DNA from: Candidatus Hadarchaeota archaeon
Lineage (GTDB): Archaea > Hadarchaeota > Hadarchaeia > Hadarchaeales > Hadarchaeaceae
Direction of reading: 5' to 3'
Assembly: GCA_040755315.1 (NCBI GenBank)
Contig: JBFMBF010000004.1
Span: 1-63,889, forward strand
Length of the DNA stretch: 63,889 bases
The translations under genes were made by a program, and so were the position numbers. The notes under the pieces were generated by a model. It did no database searches. It was not told the DNA's origin and saw only the letters and a list, made by a program, of their open reading frames with translations. This document shows, in pieces, positions 55,862 through 63,889 of this stretch; the first letter of the stretch is position 1, and every line of letters starts with the position of its first letter.

Positions 55862-56614
55862 CTAGGCACCATAGTTTTTGTGCTGCTCAAAAGTTTCAGA
55901 GAAAATTTTGGATGAAGACGGCGGGCCGAACAGCTCTGGGATTTTACCGAAAGCGCCAAAATATTTTTCCCTGATAACCAAGCACCCCTTTATTTCAGGA
56001 ATGAGCTTTGCCCGTTCAAGCCCGCGCCCCACCGACTCTGCCAGGTCGCTGCCCTTCACGGCGTTAGCTATCGAGGTCGCGGCGGCGTCGGCCAAGGCAG
56101 CATCCCTAGCGACCACGGTCACTGCATCGGCCTCTCCAAAGCTCATGGAGTGACCAACCGTGCCCGAACTCGTGCAAATCCCTATCGGCAACTCGGCTGG
56201 GCGAACCAAGAATCCTATTTTTCCAGGTCCATCCGCGCCGCCGGCGAAAATCCCGACTCGAAACTCCTGGTTACCCGCGATTGCTATGTCTCCTCCGTTT
56301 TCAATTATCACGTTTTTGGCGCCGACGCTCAGAGCCGCTTCGGCCGCCACCTGCGAAATTGCACCGGCGACAGCTGCAAACGGCCCTACCTCAGCAAGCC
56401 CAGCTGCCTTTAGCATGAGTTCGATGACACGCGGATACTTTCTTCCAAGTTCCAAGGGCTCAAGCGACCACCGGAATTCTGGGTTCGTTACAATGAGCCC
56501 TTCGACTTCCCGCCTAGCCTGCAAGCTGGCATCGATTGCAGCGTCAATCGCCCGCTCCTCGTCGCACTTTATGAGCAGGCTGGTCTCCTTGAACGACCAC
56601 CTTTTCTCGTACAA
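55862..56614 (-). CDS. UPF0280 / COG2122 ApbE-related protein
   Basis: Sequence ..GPFAAVAGAISQVAAE..NGGDIAI..ICTSSGTVGHSMSFGEADAVTVV.. The TTG start at 56614 is preceded by GGTGG. The ORF-track start at 56779 would overlap the upstream gene by 157 nt. Confidence 0.6.
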   Translation of the reverse strand: MYEKRWSFKETSLLIKCDEERAIDAAIDASLQARREVEGLIVTNPEFRWSLEPLELGRKYPRVIELMLKAAGLAEVGPFAAVAGAISQVAAEAALSVGAKNVIIENGGDIAIAGNQEFRVGIFAGGADGPGKIGFLVRPAELPIGICTSSGTVGHSMSFGEADAVTVVARDAALADAAATSIANAVKGSDLAESVGRGLERAKLIPEIKGCLVIREKYFGAFGKIPELFGPPSSSKIFSETFEQHKNYGA

Positions 56615-56622
56615 ATGACCAC

Positions 56623-57024
56623 CTAGAACTTCTGCAGCTCCAGCGCCCTGACGGGACAGGACGGCAGGCAGAGCTCGCAGTAGATGCACTTGTCCTCGTC
56701 CAAGTCTATCGAGTTGTCGCCAGTCAGGTGAAGTGCCCCCGTAGGACAGAGGGACAGGCAGGCCCCGCAGTCCATGCACGATTTCCTGTCAAGCTGTATC
56801 GCCTGCTTGATTTCCCTGAGTTCAACTCCCTTTTTCCTGAACAGCTCTATCGCCGCGTCCACTTCTTTGTTTGGGGCGTCCACCGCGAGCAGAATCTTGC
56901 CCCCGGCAGAGTCGAACTCGGCGTAGAGAATGTTGAAAAGCAGCCCTGTCTCCTTGATGACCGACGACAGGACGGGCTCGGCTGCCCTTTGCGGGCTGTA
57001 CTCGATGAGCATCTTTCTTGTCAT
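56623..57024 (-). CDS. NIL domain + 2x[4Fe-4S] ferredoxin protein (MA1822-type partner of the COG1900 homocysteine enzyme)
   Basis: N-terminal NIL-like domain, then CMDCGACLSLCP and CIYCELCLPSCP. It overlaps the upstream gene by 4 nt. Confidence 0.8.
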   Translation of the reverse strand: MTRKMLIEYSPQRAAEPVLSSVIKETGLLFNILYAEFDSAGGKILLAVDAPNKEVDAAIELFRKKGVELREIKQAIQLDRKSCMDCGACLSLCPTGALHLTGDNSIDLDEDKCIYCELCLPSCPVRALELQKF

Positions 57025-58526
57025 CTCTCTCCCTTCTCCAGCAGTCTCGAAAGGTCGCTGCTTGTTATTATTCCCTTGAGCTCACCTTTCTGGCCGACGA
57101 CAGGCACCCCGGATATCCAGTGCTTGTCAAGCTTCCTCGCCACCGAGTCCACCGGCTCATCCTCCAACGCCGTGATCACCTTGTGAGTCATTATCTCCGC
57201 CAGCCTCTCCTTCCCGGTGCCGACTGCCGCAGTTATGTCCCATGACGTAACTATCCCGACCAAACGCCCGACATCATCGACGATTGGAAGATGGTCAAAC
57301 TTGCGTTCTGTCATTGTCTTCGCCGCGCTGAAGATGGTGTCTGAAGGCTTGGCTGTGACTACATCCCGCGTCATCAGGTCCTTGACGGACGGGGCTGCCG
57401 CGGCCTGCTTCATCGGCCTGAAGACCTGAGTCGCCGACAGCAGGCGGGCTGGCTGTGACAGGACAAACTTGCCCTCGCCAATCCATTTCTCAAGCTCCGC
57501 TGCAATTTCTCGCGCCATCTTCAGGCTGCTCAATGGACTCACCTTAACTTTTTTGCCATTGATATCTATGCTCCCGGACTTCAGCTCGGCGTAAGTCACT
57601 TCCCTGAGCACTGGCCTGTCCCTTCTCGGGACGCCGTAGTCCAGCAGGTTTGTCTTTATGTCCTCATCGCCAGCGCCCGCAGTCTTCGCGACCCGCTCGT
57701 TTATCACTGGGATCGGGATGCCCAGCCCGACGTAGAGCGTGGTGCCGTACTTCTCGACCGTCGCGCCCCTGATGTATCGCGGACTCATCTCCTTGAGGTC
57801 GCCGACGGTCATGATGGTCCCCATGGCCTCCTTCGGGGCGTGCTGCGTCCCTTCCCAGAAGATGAAACCTTGGGCGCCGCCGAGGAAAATCCTTGTCCCG
57901 ACCCCAACCGTCTCGTAGTTCAGGTCCTTGTGGAGGGGGCTCAGGCAGCCGGCGCCGGAAAATGTAACGTTGCCGTGGTCGGGCAGAAGCGTCCCCATGT
58001 ATGTGTAGATGGTCTCGCGCCTAGAGTTCGTGCCCGCGGCATATCTCTGGTATGAATTGCGTGGGTTGCATAGAACGGCCTGGTTCAGATCATCGATGGT
58101 GAACTTGACGTTAATATCCCTCCGCGAGTAGCAGTCCGTCCCGTAAGCGCTGCCCCTCAGCTCCACCTCCATTCCTTTGAGAAGGTCTTCCATCACGTGG
58201 CCCCCTCCGTACTCAAAACCAAGCGTTCTGGACATGGAGGTCGCGCCGAGATAAGTGTCAACGGCGGCCAGGCCAGCGTAAGCCGGGACATCGTTGAGGT
58301 AGACCTCCCCCCCGCCCAGCTTTATCGGCGGGTCAGCGTGCCCAAAGTTCAAAAAGGCGCCGGAGCTGCACATTGCCCCGAATGTGCCCGTGGTCACGAC
58401 GTCGACCTCCTTCGCGGCCCCGACCTCCCCCTTGCTTCTGACGATCTCTACCATTTCCTCTGCCGTGACCACGACTGCGTCGCCACGCCTGATTTTTTCA
58501 TTTATATCCGCCACAGACTTGTTCAC
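57021..58526 (-). CDS. COG1900 (DUF39) + tandem CBS protein, L-aspartate semialdehyde sulfurtransferase-like (MA1821-type)
   Basis: N-terminus ..INEKIRRGDAVVVTAEEM..VDVVTTGTFGAMCSSGAFLNFGH.. is typical of DUF39. The C-terminus has two CBS repeats (..MTRDVVTA.., ..MTHKVITA..). Confidence 0.8.
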   Translation of the reverse strand: MNKSVADINEKIRRGDAVVVTAEEMVEIVRSKGEVGAAKEVDVVTTGTFGAMCSSGAFLNFGHADPPIKLGGGEVYLNDVPAYAGLAAVDTYLGATSMSRTLGFEYGGGHVMEDLLKGMEVELRGSAYGTDCYSRRDINVKFTIDDLNQAVLCNPRNSYQRYAAGTNSRRETIYTYMGTLLPDHGNVTFSGAGCLSPLHKDLNYETVGVGTRIFLGGAQGFIFWEGTQHAPKEAMGTIMTVGDLKEMSPRYIRGATVEKYGTTLYVGLGIPIPVINERVAKTAGAGDEDIKTNLLDYGVPRRDRPVLREVTYAELKSGSIDINGKKVKVSPLSSLKMAREIAAELEKWIGEGKFVLSQPARLLSATQVFRPMKQAAAAPSVKDLMTRDVVTAKPSDTIFSAAKTMTERKFDHLPIVDDVGRLVGIVTSWDITAAVGTGKERLAEIMTHKVITALEDEPVDSVARKLDKHWISGVPVVGQKGELKGIITSSDLSRLLEKGER

Positions 58527-58542
58527 TTGTGTCGCCGTGCCA

Positions 58543-58791
58543 TCACCCCTTCTGGATTAAAATCCTCCACTCGTGCGCCCCAGTCTTTTCCACATTGAGA
58601 ACCTTGTGGCCCTCGTTCTCCATGCTCCGCGGGACGTTCTCGATCGCTGGGGCGTGGTCCACAATCACCTCGAGCACCTGGTCTCTCTCAAGCTCTTCTA
58701 TGGCAAGCTTGGACTTTACGAAGGTGTACGGGCAGACCTCGCCGCGGATGTCTATTGTGCGGTCAACCTTTGTCAGAACCTCACCTCGCAT
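58543..58791 (-). CDS. TusA/SirA-like sulfurtransferase
   Basis: An 82-aa protein with the conserved Cys-Pro motif in IDIRGEVCPYTFVKSK. It overlaps the E1 gene by 19 nt. Confidence 0.8.
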   Translation of the reverse strand: MRGEVLTKVDRTIDIRGEVCPYTFVKSKLAIEELERDQVLEVIVDHAPAIENVPRSMENEGHKVLNVEKTGAHEWRILIQKG

Positions 58792-59669
58792 ACGTGACCG
58801 TAGTCCACCTTTGAGAGGTCAGTGATTGCCGGTTTGTCTCCGCAGGATGGGCAGCCCTTGTTTCTCTGAAGCTCGAACTCCTCGAACTTCATGCTTGCGG
58901 CGTCGAAGAAGAGCACCCGGCCCACGAGAAGGTCGCCCGCGCCCAGCAGGTACTTTATCGCCTCGGTGGCCTGGATTGCGCCCACCACTCCCGGCACCAC
59001 CCCGATCACCCCGGCCTCCTGACATGTCGGAATCATCCCAGCTGGCGGCGCCTCCGGCGTCAGGCACCTGTAGCAGGGGCCCTTCCTTGGTACCACCGTG
59101 AGCGCCATGCCAGTGAAGCGCAGCACCCCCGCGTGGGAAAATGGAACACCTCCCAGGACACATGCGTCGTTGACGAGGAATTTCGTGGGGAAATTGTCGC
59201 TGCCGTCCACAACAAAGTCCCAGCCCTTGATTACGTCGAGAGCGTTGTCCGGGCCGAAGCGCTGGTTGTGCGTAACGACTTCGACTTCTGGATTAAGCTT
59301 AGCGATTGTCTCCTTGGCAGACTCAACCTTCGGCCTGTCGATGGTGGGTGTGGAGTGGATAATCTGTCTCTGGAGGTTGCTCAGGTCAACATTGTCGCAG
59401 TCGATTATGCCGAGCCTTCCGACGCCCGCCGCCGCCAAGTAAAGGGCCGCTGGCGAGCCAAGACCTCCAGCACCTACAACAAGGACTTTGGAGTTCAGGA
59501 GCTTGCGCTGCCCCCTGCCGCCTACTTCCTTCAGGATTATCTGGCGGCTGTATCTCCTGATTTGCTCCTCGCTGAAACCTTGAAAGTCCCCAACTGCCAC
59601 TTTTTTATTTGCCAATCGCTTCACCCTCACCAAACAGTCTCTTGCTAAAACCCTAAAAATCTCAGCCAC
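58773..59669 (-). CDS. MoeB/ThiF/UbaA-type E1-like adenylyltransferase (no rhodanese domain)
   Basis: Motifs RYSRQI, the ATP loop VLVVGAGGLGSPAALYLAAAGVG, DLSNLQRQ, the Zn pairs CYRC and CPSC, and the catalytic-Cys region PTCQEAGVIG. The GTG start overlaps the carrier's GGTGGCTGA. Confidence 0.9.
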   Translation of the reverse strand: MAEIFRVLARDCLVRVKRLANKKVAVGDFQGFSEEQIRRYSRQIILKEVGGRGQRKLLNSKVLVVGAGGLGSPAALYLAAAGVGRLGIIDCDNVDLSNLQRQIIHSTPTIDRPKVESAKETIAKLNPEVEVVTHNQRFGPDNALDVIKGWDFVVDGSDNFPTKFLVNDACVLGGVPFSHAGVLRFTGMALTVVPRKGPCYRCLTPEAPPAGMIPTCQEAGVIGVVPGVVGAIQATEAIKYLLGAGDLLVGRVLFFDAASMKFEEFELQRNKGCPSCGDKPAITDLSKVDYGHVCEVRF

Positions 59670-59952
59670 CTGCGACCGCCGGGATCAGCCTGACCTCGGC
59701 TCCCTCCTCGAGCCTGGTGTCCAGCCCCTGCAGGATCCTTATGTCCTTGCCGTTGACGAAGACATTCACGAACCTGCGCAGCCCCCCAGTCTTGGGGTCG
59801 AGCACCCGCTCGCCGAATGGCGGGCCGAACTTTTTAATCAAGGCGTCGACGAGGCCTTTCACCGTGTCGTCTACCAAGTCAACATTGGTCTCCGTGACCC
59901 CGACGAAGTCCTTAAACATCACGGAAAACTTCACATTCACTCCTACCATCAC
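59662..59952 (-). CDS. ThiS/MoaD-family beta-grasp sulfur-carrier (ubiquitin-like) protein ending in Gly-Gly
   Basis: A 96-aa protein whose C-terminus ..VRLIPAVAGG is followed directly by TGA. It overlaps both neighbouring genes. Confidence 0.8.
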   Translation of the reverse strand: MMVGVNVKFSVMFKDFVGVTETNVDLVDDTVKGLVDALIKKFGPPFGERVLDPKTGGLRRFVNVFVNGKDIRILQGLDTRLEEGAEVRLIPAVAGG

Positions 59953-61214
59953 GCCACCTCTAACCAGTTCACTCCTGGAGTTTTAAGCTTCGACACCAGC
60001 TCCTTGAAGCTCTCTAACGTCGGCTCGATCTTGAAAGGTTTTGGAAGGGAAGGAGCGATGCTCTCCTGCGTCTTGAGGCCGTTGCCGGTGATGTAGAGAA
60101 CCACCTGCTCGTCGCGGTCGACCTCGCCGTCCTCGACAAGCTGCTTGAGCGCTGCCACTGTCGTCCCGCCAGCGGGCTCCGTGAAGACTCCCTCGGTCCT
60201 GGCCAGCAGCCTTATACCCTCGATTATTTTCTCGTCGCTGGGCGCCCTTCCGCTTCCCTTGGTATCGCGCACGGCCTGGATGGCGTAGTAGCCGTCTGCG
60301 GGGTCGCCTATGGCCAATGACTTGCAGATGGTCTCTGGCTTTTCCACGGGGATTATTCCGTTCGACCCCCGCAGGAGGGCCTGCACCACCGGGGAACACC
60401 CCTCGGGCTGGGCGGCCGAAAGCCTCGTGCTCCACCCGTCTATCAGACCAACCTCCTTGAGCTCGTTCAGCCCACGCAGGGCCGCGTGGAGCAGGGCGCC
60501 GGAAGCAACCGGGACAATTATGTGGCCCGGCGCCTTCCATCCCAGCTGCTCGCAGACCTCGAAAGCCAGCGTTTTCGATCCCTCCACATAGTATGGGCGG
60601 ACGTTGATGTTGGCGAAGGCGATGTTGCTGGAGACAGCGATCTCGGTGGCGAGCCTGTTGGCCTGGTCGTAGGTGCCAGCGACTTGGATGACGTTGGCCC
60701 CGTAGGCGAGCGTCTGGGCGATCTTGGAAGTCTCGAGGCCCTCCGGGATGAAGATGAAGCAAGGCAGGCGGGCCTTCGCGGCGTGCGCAGCCATCGCCCC
60801 TGAAAGGTTCCCTGTGGACGCCGCGCCTACAGCGGGAGAGCCGAACTCTATGGTCCTTGAAACCGCCACGCTGGAGGGGCGATCCTTGAATGAAAAGGTG
60901 GGGTTTACCGAGTCGTTCTTGACGTAGACTTCCCTCAGGCCGAGTTCATGTGCGAGATTGTCCGCCTTCAAGAGGGGGGTGTACCCCGCCCCGATGTCGA
61001 CAATGGACTTTTCATTCTCAACTGGCAGGAGATCCTTGTAGCGCCAGATGGTCGGGGGGCCGCGGGCAATGGACTCTCTCGACACTTTCTCGGCGATAGC
61101 CGCATAGTCGTAGGCGACGTCGAGCGGCCCAAAGCACAGGCTACAGGCGTGGACTATCTTCTTCGGGTAAGTCTCGCCGCACTCCCGACACCTCAGTCCG
61201 GTCACTTCCGTCAT
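59949..61214 (-). CDS. threonine synthase-family PLP enzyme with N-terminal zinc ribbon (ThrC, cysteate synthase or MetM-like; not resolved)
   Basis: N-terminal Cys motif LRCRECG...CSLCFG, the PLP-lysine motif PTFSFKDRP, and a Gly-rich loop ..PVASGALL.. Length of 421 aa. Confidence 0.85.
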   Translation of the reverse strand: MTEVTGLRCRECGETYPKKIVHACSLCFGPLDVAYDYAAIAEKVSRESIARGPPTIWRYKDLLPVENEKSIVDIGAGYTPLLKADNLAHELGLREVYVKNDSVNPTFSFKDRPSSVAVSRTIEFGSPAVGAASTGNLSGAMAAHAAKARLPCFIFIPEGLETSKIAQTLAYGANVIQVAGTYDQANRLATEIAVSSNIAFANINVRPYYVEGSKTLAFEVCEQLGWKAPGHIIVPVASGALLHAALRGLNELKEVGLIDGWSTRLSAAQPEGCSPVVQALLRGSNGIIPVEKPETICKSLAIGDPADGYYAIQAVRDTKGSGRAPSDEKIIEGIRLLARTEGVFTEPAGGTTVAALKQLVEDGEVDRDEQVVLYITGNGLKTQESIAPSLPKPFKIEPTLESFKELVSKLKTPGVNWLEVA

Positions 61215-61345
61215 TTTGCCACCTCAAAACCCAGTGAAATTTCTAGTTATACTTTAAAAGGATGTTCATTACTGGAGGTTGTATAACGCAGAGTGCTTAA
61301 AACCAAAGTATTTTTGGAAGAAGGACAACATTTTCATGGTGAACC

Positions 61346-61968
61346 TTGCCAAAAGACGGGGGTACAAGGGAACGCTGGGACTTCATTTACAGGACTCTCC
61401 CTCCGGAGGAGATCCCTTGGGAGGCTGGCAGGCCGGACCCGGACCTGGTGACGCTTGTGAGGAAAAAGAAGATAAAGAAGGGAAGGGTCCTCGACACCTG
61501 CGCGGGGCTGGGCACTCACTCAATTTACCTGGCCAAAAGGGGCTTCGAGGTGAGCGGAATAGACATCTCCCCCCCGCCGTCAAGAAGGCTGGCGAACGGT
61601 GCAGGGCGGAGGGGCTGAAGTGCAAGTTCATCTCTGGGGACGCCACGCGCCTGAAGTAGCCGAGCAACCACTTCACCTTCGTCTTCGACCGGGGCTGCTT
61701 CCACCACATCCCTGTTGAAAAGAGGGAGGGGTTCATAAGAGGGGTCCACCGCGTCCTGGCGCCCGGCGGCGGATACCACTTGAGCTGCTTCAGCTACAAG
61801 AACGGCCCCGGGTGGAACCGCTTCACAGAGAAGCAGTTGCGTGACTACTTCGGTTCTTATTTCAAGATAGAGTACATCAAGGAGGCGGTCTACGTCGAGC
61901 CGCCCACTCGTCAGAAGATTTACTTTTACAAAGCTTTCATGACAAAACTGCTGCTCCCCATCAAATAA
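61346..61968 (+). pseudogene. class I SAM-dependent methyltransferase disrupted by a frameshift in a C7 run and an in-frame TAG
   Basis: Frame A gives ..VLDTCAGLGTHSIYLAKRGFEVSGIDIS (motif I). After the C-run at 61569..61575 the homology continues in the -1 frame (AVKKAGERCRAEGLKCKFISGDATRLK). TAG at 61657..61659 follows, and the same frame then continues PSNHFTFVFDRGCFHHI...LAPGGGY... to TAA at 61966..61968. Confidence 0.6.
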
Positions 61969-62057
61969 TGTAGTGCTAAAAAAAAAGACGCGGCTATCAA
62001 AATTTTTGGCACTGCAAAACTGGGCTTATAAAATCGCGAGTTTTTGGAGAAGGCTAG

Positions 62058-62618
62058 TCACTTCTCGCGCCAGGACTTGATTTCCCCGCCGTACTCGGCC
62101 AACCTGCGCCTTATGTGGAAGTTGCGGAACTTCACCCAGAGCCGCGGGTCCATCCCGTCAAGAATCGCCCGGACCTTCATCCCGCGCTCAAGGGTGGCCT
62201 GGCACTTCATGCTGTGCGGGATGTATCCCATTGAGCCGAGGTAAAACTCGTCGGGGATGCTCTCGCCCTTGTCCATTATCTTGACCTCTTCCAGGGACAG
62301 CCTCTTGCGAAGCTCCTCCTTGTCCTTCCCTTGGTAGTTCTGGATGCAGCACTCGGGGATGCCGAACCAGCGACCGCGCGAGACCGAGTCCGCCCCCCGC
62401 TTTCCAATGTCATTCTCATCGCGGGCGACAATGTAACACCGGCCTTCCAGCTTGAAAACCAGCCCCAGCTTGGCCATCAGGCCCTCAAGCTCCCTGTCAA
62501 CGCCGCGGCAAATCTCAGACCCTGTTTTCAGTCCGTTGGCCGTCATCAAGATATCAACCACGGTTGTGGGTGGCTGCTTCAGCAACAGGTCCACAAGTTC
62601 TTTGTTCATCCTGACCAT
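62058..62618 (-). CDS. hypothetical protein (Cys-containing, no recognised family)
   Basis: The ORF has ordinary globular composition (..WFGIPECCIQNY.., ..GYIPHSMKCQ..). The start is uncertain (ATG 62654, 62618 or 62609). It is divergent from SepCysS. Confidence 0.45.
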   Translation of the reverse strand: MVRMNKELVDLLLKQPPTTVVDILMTANGLKTGSEICRGVDRELEGLMAKLGLVFKLEGRCYIVARDENDIGKRGADSVSRGRWFGIPECCIQNYQGKDKEELRKRLSLEEVKIMDKGESIPDEFYLGSMGYIPHSMKCQATLERGMKVRAILDGMDPRLWVKFRNFHIRRRLAEYGGEIKSWREK

Positions 62619-62688
62619 CTTTCCTTCGGCGGGGGAGTTTTTAACTCTGCACATATATGGATTTTAGAACTGTTCAAGAGTGAGTGGA

Positions 62689-63882
62689 ATGGCCCAAATA
62701 AACCTAGACAAATACAAGAACCTGCGGAGGCTGGTGGACGAGACGTGGATAAATGTCCACCCGATCCAGCGAGGGGGAATACTGCCGCCTGAATCCAGAA
62801 AAACACTGCAGACCTTCGCCGACGGCTACAGCACCTGCGACCTCTGCATTGAGGGAAAAATAGATCTGGTCAAGACGCCGCCGGTCCTGGATTTCGCGGG
62901 CGACCTCGCGAAGTTCCTAAACATGGACGAGGTCAGGTTCACCCCAGGGGCGCGCGGCGCAAAGCAGGCTGTGCTCAGGAGCATAGCCGAGCCGGGCGAC
63001 ACCCTGATCCTGGACTCGTTGGCCCACTACACATCTTACATCGCGGCCGAGGTAAACGACTTGAAAATCGCCGAGGTCCCCCACAGCGGCTACCCGGAAT
63101 TCAAAATAAACGTGGACGACTACGCCGCGAAGATAGAAGAGGTGAAGCGCCAGACTGGAAAGCTGCCCGCGGCCGTCCTCCTGACGCATGTCGACTACCG
63201 CTATGGGAACCTCGCCGACGCCGAGAAGGTGGGGAAGATAGCTAAAGACTACGGAGTGCCCTACATACTGAACGCCGCCTACACGGCGGGGGTAATGCCT
63301 GTCGACGGGAAGAAGATTGGCGCTGATTTCCTCGTCTGTAGCGGTCACAAGTCTTGGGCCGCCAGTGGTCCAATAGGAATTTTGGCTACCACTTACGAGT
63401 TTTCGGGAAAGGTCTTCAGGACATCCTCAATCAAGGGGCCGTGGTCGGGCCGCGCCTTCCTTAAGAAAGATGTTTTTCTCTACGGCTGCCCGCCTGTCTT
63501 CGGGGCGCCTATCACTACCCTCATGGCCAGCTTCCCACACGTCTACAAGAGGGTGCAGCACTGGGGCGAGGAGGTCGACAAGGCCAAGTGGTTCGTCAAG
63601 GAGCTAGAGCGCATAAAGGACTTTTACCAGCTGGGGGAGCGCCCGAGACGGCATACACTCATGACGTTCGAGACGCCGTCATTCCACAAAATATCTAAAA
63701 CCCACTCCCGGAAGGGCTTCTTCCTTTACGAGGAGCTGAAGAAGAGAAAAATTTCTGGAGTTCAGCCCGGGCTGTCGAAAATAATCAAGATGAACACGTA
63801 CGGGCTGAAAAAGGAAGAAATTCAAAAAGTTATCGACGCCTTCCACGAGATTGCCAAATCAAACAAAATCGCGGTGGAGTGA
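62689..63882 (+). CDS. pscS: O-phosphoseryl-tRNA(Cys):Cys-tRNA synthase (SepCysS)
   Basis: N-terminus ..NLDKYKNL...INVHPIQRGGILPPE.., the PLP-lysine motif CSGHKSWAASGPIGIL, and the family length. ATG 62689; the ORF track starts at GTG 62680. Confidence 0.8.
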   Translation: MAQINLDKYKNLRRLVDETWINVHPIQRGGILPPESRKTLQTFADGYSTCDLCIEGKIDLVKTPPVLDFAGDLAKFLNMDEVRFTPGARGAKQAVLRSIAEPGDTLILDSLAHYTSYIAAEVNDLKIAEVPHSGYPEFKINVDDYAAKIEEVKRQTGKLPAAVLLTHVDYRYGNLADAEKVGKIAKDYGVPYILNAAYTAGVMPVDGKKIGADFLVCSGHKSWAASGPIGILATTYEFSGKVFRTSSIKGPWSGRAFLKKDVFLYGCPPVFGAPITTLMASFPHVYKRVQHWGEEVDKAKWFVKELERIKDFYQLGERPRRHTLMTFETPSFHKISKTHSRKGFFLYEELKKRKISGVQPGLSKIIKMNTYGLKKEEIQKVIDAFHEIAKSNKIAVE

Positions 63883-63889
63883 TGAAAAA

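Noticed and set aside
59983-60762. 259-aa ORF in an alternate frame of the ThrC-like gene
   Set aside because: The translation is Arg/Gly/Pro-rich, while the ThrC frame carries the PLP-lysine motif SFKDR and is full length.
61657-61659. In-frame TAG in the methyltransferase as a pyrrolysine codon
   Set aside because: TAG ends several well-supported genes in this window (2201..3478, 31049..32014 and 56623..57024), so it acts as an ordinary stop here. No pyl genes are visible, and the same gene also carries a frameshift.
61279-61659. 126-aa ORF treated as the real N-terminus of the methyltransferase
   Set aside because: Only its last ~28 residues (AVKKAGERCRAEGL...) look like methyltransferase sequence. 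The conserved N-terminal motifs (WDFIYR, VLDTCAGLG) are in the 61346 frame, so the upstream part of this ORF is fortuitously open.
1-63889. CRISPR arrays, rRNA genes, IS elements and prophage or integrase genes
   Set aside because: Scanning intergenic regions and the ORF translations, I found no regularly spaced direct repeats, no rRNA-like sequence and no transposase- or integrase-like ORF.

Overview
Densely coding chromosomal segment of an archaeon. Several convergent gene pairs overlap at their 3' ends. Archaeal markers are a DnaG-type primase, CDP-archaeol synthase, a Tes/GDGT-MAS-like radical SAM enzyme, PGF-pre-PGF surface proteins, SepCysS, and a tRNA with a bulge-helix-bulge intron. 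From left to right: (1) a surface/envelope locus holding a beta-propeller protein, two CPBP intramembrane proteases with ectodomains, two tandem giant paralogous surface proteins (1156 and 1755 aa) and a membrane-anchored wHTH regulator; (2) a four-gene operon of radical SAM/SPASM, SemiSWEET, P-loop and TIM-barrel genes; (3) a complete arginine cluster (argG-argH-argC ... argJ-argB-argD-argF-carbamate kinase) split by an opposite-strand cassette of two active rhomboid proteases, one catalytically dead rhomboid and two paralogous single-pass membrane proteins; (4) glycosylation, lipid and nucleotide-salvage genes, including tRNA-Gln(UUG) with a D-loop intron; (5) housekeeping genes (DnaG, RimI-like, Hjc-like, ABC-2 exporter, RNase J-like); (6) a tightly overlapping seven-gene sulfur operon (ThrC-like PLP enzyme, GG-terminated ThiS/MoaD-like carrier, E1-like activator, TusA-like, COG1900+CBS, NIL-ferredoxin, ApbE-like UPF0280) with a convergent JAMM peptidase and SepCysS nearby. 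The strongest candidates for undescribed biology are this sulfur operon and the rhomboid/pseudo-rhomboid cassette. No CRISPR array, transposase, integrase or rRNA was seen. All family calls rest on motifs read by eye; no database search was possible.
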